Below, one piece after another: positions 1-11,059 of a stretch of 64,000 nucleotides of DNA. How positions within the stretch are numbered: position 1 is the first letter of the stretch; each line of letters opens with the position of its first letter. The notes under the pieces are model-generated. The model made no database searches. It saw only the letters and a program-made list of their open reading frames with translations, and had not been told where the DNA came from. Source of the DNA: Lama glama (lineage: Eukaryota); contig CM052816.1 in NCBI GenBank assembly GCA_028534125.1, positions 15,812,001 through 15,876,000 of the forward strand, given 5' to 3'. Position numbers and translations under genes: made by a program.

Positions 1-309
1 ACCCCCCCGTTGTAGGGCATAGGGCCAGGGGTGTTGGTTGTTTTGATCTTTGGCTGTTTTTTTGTTTCTCTTTTCCTTTTTTGTATTTTGGTTTGTTAGT
101 TCTTTTGTTTTGCTTTGTTTTTCATTTTTGGCCTAATCCTTGGGTTTAAAGCTCAGGGCTACAGGTAAGGGGCAGAGTAGCAAAGCCAGTACAAATGGTA
201 ACAGTGGCAAGGAACCCAGCTGGCATTGGCAGGAGCCCGTGCCGGGGTGTTGCAATGCCTATGTCTTGCTATCCTGGCTCTCTCTTTCTGGTTTTCTTTC
301 TTTTGGTAG

Positions 310-368
310 GTGTCCTGTGGGATACACCGGGGACAGGTGTCAGCAGTTCGCAATGGTCAACTTCTCCA
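310..368 (+). CDS. NRG2: NRG2 EGF-like domain beta exon (CPVGYTGDRCQQFAMVNFS)
   Basis: Polypyrimidine tract then TAG at 307-309; donor GTATGT at 369; 59 nt, phase 2 to 1; last two EGF cysteines. Confidence 0.95.
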
Positions 369-529
369 GTATGTCTCTTTCTTCTATTTCTTTTCTTCCC
401 TGGTGACTGACATTCCCCCCTACCCCCAACCCTACCCAGCAGGAAAGATGGGGCCTTTGCTTAGAGAGTTTGGGTGTGGGGAGACACCAGGGTGCCCTGG
501 GCTCTTCTCAGTCCTAACTAGAAGCCCGT

Positions 530-1162
530 GCTTTCAGCAAGCCAAGCTTGGGTCCGCTTGCCCAACAGGCAGCAAAGCCAACCTACTAAACCCGGTTGCA
601 GTGAAGGAAAGGAGAAAGAAAGGAGAAGGAAAAGACAGCGTTTGTGGCAAGGTATCAAGCAAAGAGTACAAGCCGCTCACGGGAGGGGCTTTTAAAGAAT
701 CTGTGAGGGTGAGCGTCACGAGGTGCGTGATCAGCTCATGCTCAGTTCTCTGATTGGCTGACGGCGAGGTAACAGGGTGATGGTTCAGGAATCCCAATCA
801 TCAACTCCTGGTTCCAATCAGTCTGGGGTCCACGTGCTGGTGGTCAGCACGAAGTTAAGGTTTTCCACCTGGTGGGAGTTTCAGTGTCTGCAGAGCAACA
901 CAAGGATATGGCTCAGGATATGATGTATGGCCCTTGAGGAGAAACTGAAAGTCCTTGACTTTGTTTTACGGCAAAACTGCAATTACTTTGTCTTGTTTGT
1001 CTGTTTTCCTTTGTTTCTGCATTTTCTCACTTCTCTGATTAAATCTGCTCTTTGGAACTCGAGAAAAGCCTAGGAGGCTAAAGCTTTTCTACAAACTAGA
1101 CCTGCTGGGGTCACCAGAGGGTCTTTCCCAGCAAAGACCCTGCAGGGTCCTGCTCAGTTTCA
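530..1162 (-). mobile_element. ERV1-class solo LTR (MER41-like, laurasiatherian), antisense to NRG2
   Basis: Minus strand begins TGAAACTGAGCAGGACCCTG, typical of MER41-like ungulate/carnivore LTRs; about 630 bp; subfamily and left boundary judged by eye. Confidence 0.7.
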
Positions 1163-2829
1163 TGCAGAGTAGACTGATACTGATATGCCTTCTGCCACCC
1201 CCACCTCATATGTCGCTGTGCTGCCTGGTCGCAGTAACAAGGAATTCTCTCTGCAGCCGACCAGAGCCATACTCAGGCCCCTTCACCACTGGGGTCAGGC
1301 AGCCGGGCCAGAATGGGAAAACACATTTGCAGAGCCCTCACCTGCTGCTGAAGCCCTGTTTGAGGATGTCAGGCTGCGCGTGGGGCTGGGCAGAGAGCGT
1401 GTGCACATGTGTGCTGGTGTGTTTGAGAGAGGGAAACAAGTTCTCAGGAAGCTGGCCTTTAGGTCTGGCCAGAGCTTGTTTTGGTTTGATTTTCAGTGAT
1501 GGGGGCGAGTGGGGAAGGGGAGTTGAGGAAAAGCAGGCCCAGGGGCATTGGTTTTCATTGGAGACCAGAGATCAGAGACATCTATGCAGCTAAATGTTGG
1601 GGGGCCAGGGAGGAGTTTGCTGGAATCAAGGGGTAACTGGTGACTCTCTCCAGGCCCTCTCTGGTCTGAGTCCCCATCCAGGACTTTATTCCCTTCCTTT
1701 CTTCCACTTATGAGGTTGGAGCTTTCTGGTTTGCAAACTTTGATGAGAAAAATATGAGCACTGTGGCCGAAGGATGAGGCCATAACTGTGTTTTTGGGGG
1801 GATGGGAGCAGTTCCTTCAGGTGCCTGGTGGAGGTGGAACAGCAGAAAGCCTCAGCCTGGCCTGGACTCCATTTGGGGCCCAGCAGTTTGCTGGCCTGCA
1901 AGGTGGGACCCTGTCACCCAGCCTTCAGAGCACACTAGGTCCCTGCTCGACCCACCACCCACCTCCTCCTCTCCAAGGAGGACAGCTGGGTCCCATGAGG
2001 AATTAGAACCAGATTGCTGGTGCCTGGGCATGGAGAAGTGGGGCTCCAGAAGAGGCTGAGGGCAGGAGCCCATTTAGGTTGCCCTTGGAGAAAAGGGGTT
2101 AGGGGCACGGTAGAGAAAGGAGCCTTTCAGTCCTCCTCAGAGCACAGCACAAAAGCCTAGACATTGCCATCCCTTCTTCCCCGACAGGAGGTGGGAAACC
2201 AAGACCCAGGAAGTAGAGACCCCAGGGAGGTAGGGGCTGGTCAGCCCAGATGGTCAACTATCTTAATGGGTGTTGGAGAGAGTGCTCCTCCCAGCCCCCT
2301 CCAGTTGGAGGCCAGGGAGGAAGGCTGTCGGGATAAGAGCGGAGCTGTGGGCACGTGGCCCAACAGAATTCTCCAGACCCCAGGCTCAAGGAAGAATTGC
2401 ACTCAGATCCAGTCCCACTGGAGGACTGGAGGTCAGGAGGCCAGAGCAGCCAGGCGGGCCGAGGACCAGGGAGAGAGGCAACGGAGGTCCTAGTCCTTTT
2501 CACCCTTAGTGATGGCTTATGGGACTGTTCTGGACAGGGAGTCCCAACCCATCCTGAATCAGAACAGCAGAGCCTCCAAAACTCGGCCACTGTCCAAGCT
2601 TCTCTGCCAGCTGGGCTGCTTCAGCTTTCAGCTCGGATCTTCTGGGAGGGTCAGCAGGGCCCCAGGAGCCCAGAAAAGAGCCTGGAAATGCAGCTTTTTT
2701 GCCTAGTGTTATAGGGATCATTGCTCGGACCTTCTGGTAAATGATTTATACTCTTCAAGCATTTTTTCCCAGAGCTTCATGAACTGCTCTATCAGATAAT
2801 TATTGAAAATGGAGTGAAAATGCCAGCTT

Positions 2830-3050
2830 CAGAGTTCAGGCTTTCGATTCAGGTAGACCTGAATAAAAATGCCAGCAGCTGAGCTTACTCTTCTGGGGCC
2901 TCATTTAACCTCTTTTTTTGTTTTCTCATCTGCAAAATGGGAATAATGGCATTTATGCCTTTAGGGTTGCTGTGAGGATGAAGCGCAGTGATGCCTACGA
3001 AGGGCTTAATCGAGAGCCTACCAGCGTTGTTTGAGCACAGTTCAGCTCCT
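2830..3050. mobile_element. MIR SINE fragment
   Basis: MIR core TTTTCTCATCTGCAAAATGGGAATAAT...GGGTTGCTGTGAGGATGAA. Confidence 0.75.
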
Positions 3051-3304
3051 TTCCCAGCTACTGCTGGTGGTGAGGGGTGGGAGCTAGAAGGCCAGCATCA
3101 GTGCCCTGGAGCCTGACTCCCAGCACATCTGAGCAAAGTGTCAGACTTCCCCCTCTGCCCAGACAGCCCCGAGGCCTGGTTACCTTCTGCAGAGGCCATG
3201 GAAACAGAGCCTGTGGCCACGGTAGCACTTTAAAGCTTCTTCTTCCCCTAACAGCTCCTCCACTTCCCCAGAGTCAATACTTGTTCACCCACGAGGTACA
3301 AGAG

Positions 3305-3340
3305 CACACACACCTGCACACACACACACACACACACACG
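3305..3340. repeat. (CA)n microsatellite
   Basis: Direct reading. Confidence 0.9.
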
Positions 3341-6040
3341 TGCTGACACCTGCTGGCACAAGCACATGAGCACATGCTTGAGGTCCACATCATGACCTCC
3401 TTGTCTGGGTACCTGTGACCCTGTGTCATAGGACATGTCCAGAATGAAGACTTTGCCTATTGTCTGGTAAGCCTGGCCCTGTCAGGAGTCCAGCATCAGG
3501 TTGCCATGGTTACTGGTCAGTATGCAAATTTTTGCACAATAGGACCTGTCTGTGACTCGGTGGTATCACTCCAGCCTGACTGAGTGGCAGTCAATGAACA
3601 TGATGAGCGGGAGGCTCTTTTCTGGGACTGACATAGCTGCAGGCCCCTTAGAATCCATCCTCAGGGAGAGGGAAGCTGGTCTGCCTTCTAGCGACTCATG
3701 AAGCCCTCAGTGACATCACCAGTCCCACCAGCCACCACTGGTCCCCCAAAACAGTACTGGCTTTTGACTCAAAGGGAAGGTCAGTCAGGAGCCCCAAAAG
3801 CTGCTGCTGCTAACACTTGGTTCCCGGGGGAGAGATGCAGGAGAAAACTCTTTAGATGGCTTTGGGAGCCCTGCTCACTTCTCCAGATGGCCACTGTCCT
3901 GAGGACTAGCCAGCCAGGCTTGCCCAGGGACTCCATGGGCAGGAATAGCCATGGTTTAGCCCCAGGAGGCCAGAGACCTGGCCTCCGGTCTCCCTTCTGC
4001 TTCCTAATTTGCTGTGTGACCTTGGGAAAGTATCCCAGCACCACTGGGCCCCAGCTGCCTTATCTAGTACAACCACCACCAAAAGAGAGGCGCAGACCGG
4101 TTCTAGGAACCACCGTCTCTTGGTGTCTGGAGTGCTGTGGTCAAGCTGGGCTGTTCCCTCTGGGGAGACTGGCTGGATATCCAGACACTGTGAGCTCTCT
4201 CGAGCTGCCTGGAGGGTCCCCGGGGCCACAGGATTAACTACTCGGTGAGAGTTGCCCCCGAGGACCCTTTGAGTTTGTCAAGCTCGTACTGCCGGCTTGG
4301 CACAGCTGGCCCACCCTGGGAGGCCTGGGAGAGGAGTGGACTCACTGTGCTTAAGGTGACTCCTACCTCCAAGCAGTAAGCATAAGACTGTACAGAAACC
4401 ACATTCGAGATCACCCCCAGCCTCGCATCTAACAGGAGTACACAGAAGGGCTCATGTTTGGAAGAGCTGGGGTTCATGCTTTGAGTTGTGTAGTCCTTAC
4501 ATGGAAGTGGGGGTCAGAGCCCTGGGGTATTCCTCAAGGCTCTGTCATTCAGAGCCATCTTCAGTCCTTGGCTCAGAGCCATCCTACTCTCTTGCCCTCT
4601 TCCAACTGCAGAACCCTCTAGAATCCCTATCAGGAAGCAGAGGAGAGATCTGGGGCTGGATGATGCCCAGGACTTGCTGCTGATGTGCCCGTGCTCCACT
4701 TCCTCTGCAGGACATGAGAACATCAGAGCACAGTCCCACCTCCTCCCTGGGTCTAACAGAGCTGCCGTGCGTGCAGGGAGGCCGTGTAGTGGGCCGTGCA
4801 CACTGCCCCGCTGTCTTCCTCACTGTGCACAAGCACTTTTGACAGATGAGGAAACAGTGACTGTGACTTGCCTACATGCACACAGCAAATTAGGGACAAA
4901 ACTGAGACACAAATCCAGCAGACAGGTGTTGGCTGCTACCTGAGAATGGTAGGTGAGCTTTCCAAAAAAACCTCTGAGATGTCTGGGCTCCCACCCCGGA
5001 GCCTGGTTCCATTGGTCTGGGTGATTCTGAAGCACAGCCAGGTTGCATACCTTCTAGAAACCCCATGGCTAGGCCTGATCCCCATTTAACAGATGCAGAG
5101 ACTGAGAGCCAGACAGGCAGGGAAGTACAGTCACACAGCGGCTCAGTGACAGCTGATGCCTAGACTGGGCCTTTTATCTAACCCTCCCATGGCCTGGGTG
5201 TCTACCTTGCAGGACCCTGAAATCACACATTTATAACATGATCCCACTTCAAAGACTGCCACTGGCTGCAATTTAAGGGGCACAGGTGTTCTACAAGTGA
5301 ACCCACTCATCTCCTCCAAGTCACAGTTCGCTTTCCAAAGTGGTGAAATCAGGCTCAGACCCCGAGGCCTAGCCCCTGCAGGCTCCCAGGGTGTTGAGGG
5401 TGTCAAGTGGAGACGTGACCTGCCCCCTGGAGCCTCCTCCTCGCCCCACTTCTGCTCCCTACAAACTCAGAGTCTCCATGCAAGGCTCCTAGGAGAGGGG
5501 CAGGCCAGTGAGGCCCATGGGGGCAGGACAGGGACAAGGGACTAGTCTGAGTACCCCACGCCCTCATTCTAAACAGAAAAGGGCCCCATGAATGAGCGCA
5601 GGCTGAGCAAGCTGTCTCCAGGAGGGGCTGGAGAGTGCCAACGGCCTGGAGCTGGGAGTGGAGACTGGGGCCTCCTCCTACCCCTGCCCCCACTCACTTT
5701 CCCTCCCTGGGGACATGTGCCAACTGACTCTTGCGCCTCTGCCTCCCCACCAGGTACTAACCCCACAGCTCATCTCTAAAGAACGTGCCCTGCCTGCTGA
5801 CCCTAACATTTCCTCTCTCCACCCCTCTCAGGGGCTCCTGGGGACTGGGTGCCAGGAAAGGGGCTCAGGTGGCCGGGAGGGAACACCACTAACCTGCTTT
5901 CACCTCACAGGCTGGCTGCTGGTGTCTGAAGAGTCCTGACCAACGTTTCTCTCTCTCTCTCCCGCCCCCTCCCCCATCTCTATCTGTCTCTCTCCCTCCA
6001 TCCCTTCCCCTCTCCGGCCTCCTCTCCTCTGCACTGCCAG

Positions 6041-6064
6041 AGCACCTTGGATTTGAACTAAAGG
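6041..6064 (+). CDS. NRG2: NRG2 24-nt juxtamembrane microexon ((K)HLGFELK(E))
   Basis: About 90-nt pyrimidine tract, CAG at 6038-6040, donor GTACGG at 6065; phase 1 to 1; paralogous to the NRG1 KHLGIEFME linker. Confidence 0.93.
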
Positions 6065-7449
6065 GTACGGAGCCTCTGTGTGTCCATCAGCACCATCCAC
6101 ACAGCCCCTCTCCGCAGCCTCTGACACCAAGTGTGCTGGATGTTTGGTTTCCTTTCCCCCAAAATGGAAAAGGGACGATTCCAAAAACCTCCCCTGTCCC
6201 CATCAGAATGTCCTATCATAAACTAAACTGATTTGGGAGAGACGAGAAAAGCTCATAAACAGCAGAGTACCCTGGGGTTCAGACTGTGCCCCCAGTGTAC
6301 AGTAGTGCCCCCCTGCCTGGGGCCAATCACCCAGAAGCCTCAGAGGGCAGCGGCCCCCTGAGCTGTGCGCAGCCCAGTCGGTTGCCCAGACAAGAGCCAG
6401 GCCCCTCAGAGAGCAGGTATCTGAGAGCCATGGAATCCTGGTTTGGAGAGTTGTGCAGAGAGGCATCCCTTTCGATTTGACTTTAATCCTCCTTCCTTTT
6501 CCCATTTCCATTTCCATTGCTTTTCATTCCGCACCAGGCTGGCGGCTGATCACACCCATTTGTCTCTGCCCCCTGCCCTGTGTCTGTCTGCCAGGCTTTG
6601 CCATCTGCTTGAGGCTGTCGATCCCTTCATGATCTGTCCCCACAATGGTACGTGTGTTTGTCTGTGGGCAACACCAGCAAGGGTCCAGGGGGCTGGCCTC
6701 TGATGCCTGCCCTCCTGCCTCCCAACTCAGAACCTTACCTCCCTGCTGAAACTGCCCTCTGGGCCTTGGAAGATGCTTTGGGCAGGAAGGAACTTTGAGT
6801 GGTCAGTCGTTCCAGCTCTCTCGCTTTGTGCTGGGAGGCTCCACCCTGGTCCAGACATATTATAGCAGGAGAGATGCAGGAGCTCGGTGGGGTTGAGGCT
6901 CAGACGGGTGCAGAGCCTGCGGTTAAGAAAAGGCTATGCTCATGACAGGTTTGGGGAGGCCGAGATTTCCCACCACCTAGCTACTATCAGCTGTTCTCAG
7001 TAGAAGATGGAGCTGAAAGTCTGTGTATAAGAGTCTTCCTGTCTGTCTGTTCTGACGAGGTGGAGAGGAGAGGTACTGAGTCTGTATGGCGTCTGTGATG
7101 GTGGCAAGAGGTGCAGGGGTGAATCTGTAGGTGTGCATGTCTATGTTGTTCTGTGAGGTGAAATGTCAGGGACCTTGTTAGGTGTCTCAGTGCGGGGTAT
7201 GAGTACACAGTGGGGTGCAGTGGGACATCTTTGTTGCTAAGGGCTGAGTGTGAGCAGTGGGTGCAGAGGTGAGTGTGACTGCGTGTAAGTATGTCTGTGT
7301 CTGTAAAGGTGGTCTGTATATTCACTCACCCACCACCTCAACAAACTTCTACTGAGCCCCAGAGGTGGCCAGACTGCCAATCTGGCACACAGAGTCCCTG
7401 CCCTCCCAGTGCTCCCAGACACAACACACAAGCAGGAGAGAGATCAGGT

Positions 7450-8690
7450 AGTGGTAGTGCTCTACAGAAAAGAAAAGGTAACGGGATCATGCCTAGCCCG
7501 GGTGGGGAGCCACTCTAGCTAAATGGCTTGTCCAGTGAAGTGACATTTGGGCTAAAACCCAAGGAAAAGCAGCCAGTCCTGCAAACAATGGGGGGAGAGT
7601 GTTTGAGGCAGGAGGCACAGCAAGTTAGGGCTGGTGTGGTTGGATGGGCTTGCCTTGTTTGATGGATGGAAAGACTGCCAGCGACTGGGGAGCATAGCAG
7701 ACGTGGGGAAGAGGACCACAGATGAGATGTAAAGGAAGTATCCAGGCGACCTTGGGCCTCGTAGGCCATGGTAAGGCTTTGGGTTGTATTCAGATTGCAG
7801 GGGGACACTGTTGTGAGTTTTTAAGCAGAGGAGTAAAATGATCTGCTTTCTGGTTGAAAATCAATGTGGCTTTGGGGCAGAGAATAGACTGGGTGAGGGG
7901 ACAGGGTGTGGAGGAGTGGGAGCACAGAAACCAGTCAGAAGGTGAGCAGCTGTCCAGGGCAGAGACGGCATCGTCTTGGAGTAGCTGGAAGCAGGCGAAA
8001 CGGTAAGAAGTGGTCAGACCCAGCATCTACTTGGGAGGTAGAGCTGAGATGATTTGCTGAGGGATCAGGTATCAGAGCTGGTGGGGAGATCAGGAACAAT
8101 TCCAAGGTTTGGAGCCTATGCAACAAGAAAGGTAGTGCTGGCACCGAAGAGACAGACAAGCAGGGAGCAGGCTGGGAAAGAGGAGGGGATCAGTGCTTCT
8201 GCTTCGCTATAGGACTGGATATAGGATTCCGGAGCTCAAGGGGAAGTCAGGACAGGAAAGAGAAATGTGAGATTCAGCTGCATACAGGTGGGATTTCAAG
8301 TCTGAGTCTGGGTGAGACAACAGAGGAAGAGAGGGCAGGTGGAGAGAGAAAGAAGCTTGAGAGCTCTGGCCCTTCTACCTTGCAGCCCACAGAGAAGAGG
8401 AGGAAGCAGCAACTGAAACAGAGAGATCAGCCAGTGCAGGAGGAGGAGCCCCAGGAGAGAAGACCATCGGGGGAGCAGGCCCAGCAGGGGGAGGCTGCTG
8501 AGACGGAAGCCAACAACTATAGACTTGGCAGCAGGGGGGTTGGTTGTTGGTGACTATGACCAGAGTGGTCTCAGGAGGGACGGAGACGGAGGCCTGACTG
8601 GAGGACTGAGGGGTGGACGGGGATGAGAACCGGAGGCAGGACCAGGACCACAGAGCCTGGAGGGGTGGATCTGGGGTAGAAGGCTGTTTG
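7450..8690. mobile_element. L2 LINE fragment
   Basis: Purine-rich L2-type motifs (GTAGGCCATGGTAAGG, TTTTAAGCAGAGGAGT...ATGATCTG, GATTTGCTGAGGGAT). Confidence 0.7.
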
Positions 8691-9897
8691 TTAAAGACTC
8701 TGCAGGACTGGGTGTCGATGGGCATGACTGCCTGTGTGTGTGCGCGCCTCTTGGATGTGTGTATGAGTGTATCTTTGTGAAGCATCTTTTGTGTCAGAAA
8801 GGCATCATCTTCTAGGTATGTGTGTCTAGGGGGTTTGTACTCCGTGTTTGCTGCCATGCACCTTTGCCACAAGAGGCGCTGCAAGCCTAGGGGCTTAGGG
8901 ACACTGCCCAGGGCTCCACCAAGACATTGGGCCCTGAGCCAACTTATCCCTGAGCTGGTGGGAGGGGAGCGATACGGAGGGGCCGGCCAGCAGGTACAGG
9001 TGTGAGCAGGGGTGGGGTGTCTCGGCTGTAGGCCTTGACCACGGCTGGTGCTGTCACCTTTTTCCTTTACTTCCTCCTGGCTTTCTCTGTTCTAGAAGGG
9101 TAGGAGTTGCCCCACCAGAAAGTGGGAGATAGAGGGGACAGTCGGGTCTTTTTGAAGGCTTTGAGGCCCAGCCTAGCTCAGCTCCTTCAGAAGGTTGGGA
9201 GCTGCTCCTTGAGCACAAGGACTGTCCTAGATGCCAGAGGGCTGTGCTGCCCTTCAGGGGCCTCACAAGCAAAGACAGGGAGGGCTGGAATGGGCCAGGG
9301 CCACAACCCTGACCAGGTTGCAGGGATAAACCAAGGCTTTTCTCACTATGCCCGCCTCTGTGGGCCTGGTCTGCTCTGTCCTTGCTCCTGGTTCTGGCAT
9401 CCCTCCAAAGTCCAGCCTCTGGGCCTGAAGTCCTGTCACCAGCCCAGAACAAGCCACTCTCTATCTTCTTACAGAAGCCAAAGTGGCCAGCCAGGCCTTT
9501 GCCCAGGGTCTGCATGTTCACTGCCATGAAGACCAGCCTCCCCTAGCCCATCAAGGCTCTTTGCAGCCACAGGCCATAGTGGGTTGCCCTCCCCTATGGC
9601 CTTGGGAACTTCACGTCCATTCCCCTTCCTCCATCCCCAACATTTTCCACTCACGTGCTCCAGGCAGAGAGCAGGATTTGGGAAGGTGAACTCAGGGGTA
9701 GCCACTTGTGACCAGATCCATGGGTGGGTGGAGCTGGGAGAACAGAAGTGAGGGGTACTGGCTGAGGAGGGAAGAGATGGAAAGGAGCTGGTCAGCACCT
9801 GAGCTGGAGGGAGCCCAAGGTTTTGGGAGGGTCTCTGCACCACTGTCCCCATGGGTCTGCCTCTCGCCCTACCGCCTCACACCTTCTGCCTCTGCAG

Positions 9898-10000
9898 AAG
9901 CTGAGGAGCTGTACCAGAAGAGGGTCCTGACTATCACTGGCATCTGCGTGGCCCTGCTGGTCGTGGGCATCGTCTGCGTGGTGGCCTACTGCAAGACCAA
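9898..10000 (+). CDS. NRG2: NRG2 transmembrane exon (AEELYQKRVLTITGICVALLVVGIVCVVAYCKT)
   Basis: Acceptor TCTGCAG ending 9897; donor GTGAGT at 10001; 103 nt; hydrophobic TM helix. Confidence 0.97.
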
Positions 10001-11059
10001 GTGAGTGTCAGGCACTCATCCCGGGGGCAGGCCAACCAGGGACTGCTTTTGTGAGGATGGGCTCTCCTCCCCACCCCACCAGGCCAGGCCTCACCTCTCG
10101 AGCTCCTGTGCCCCACTGCCCCTCAGGAGCTTCTGCAGCTGGTGGGAGGCCAAAGGGCTGGGCCAAGAAGCAGGAGCAGAGGGTGGGGGAGACAGGCCCC
10201 AGAGGACTGAACAAGAATGATCATGAGCACAGGCGTTGGGAGAAGGCAGATTTGGGTTCAAATCCAGCTCTGCCATTTTCCATGACCCTGAGGAAACTGA
10301 TGAGCCTCTCTGAGTCCTCATCTGTAAAATGGGTGTGATCCTAGCATGGACCTCAGGGGATCCTATGAGGCAGCATCTGTCCTGTCCAGTAGGCAGGAAT
10401 TGGGCCGTGTTGGAGGTGGAGAAGCACAGAGAGTCAGGCACCTTCCCAGGGGAAAAAGAGACCTCCTCACTTAGGAGCCATCCAGGCAAGAACACAGAGA
10501 AGGTGGAGATGGGCCACCCCTGAGCAGAGGAAAGGTGGGGTCAGAACCTAGGAGCAAGGAGCAGAAAGAGGGCTGGGCCCTTCTGCATGTAGAACAATGC
10601 AAGCTAAAAGACAAATGCAGGGGAGGGTCAGGTGTGTTCATGAAGCTTGCGCAGCCCAGGCTAGTTGGTGCCAAGGATTGGGGTAAGAAAAAAGGCACAC
10701 AAGTCTAAAAGAACAGCTGGAACCTCAATAGCACCATAGGGCCTTGACCGACAACCTAGGGAGCCTGGCTTTATCCTGCAGACGACAGAGAGCCATCACA
10801 GGTTATAGAGTGATGTAATACGGAAAGAGGTTTGCCATATCCATTCTTACCTAGAAAGCAAGAGTCTGGGCATAGCCACCATTAGGGGGACTGAGCTACT
10901 AGGTCTTGACTGCTGCTGCCCCTGTCTGTGAGATCGAAGGCCCTTCCAGCTTTGAGATTTGGGGCTTAGGGAACCCAGAGGAGGACACTGGGTACATGTA
11001 GGAACACTGAGGCCAAGAACTGGAGGGAAAGGCAAGCCCCATGTTTCAGCCTCCACTAC

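Noticed and set aside
530..1162. Interferon-responsive STAT1 (GAS) enhancer in the MER41-like LTR
   Set aside because: No canonical TTCNNNGAA seen; the nearest are TTCAGGAA and TTCCCAGCAA
6080..6105. REST half-site TCAGCACC near the microexon (also near 55518)
   Set aside because: The right half-site is missing at the required spacing
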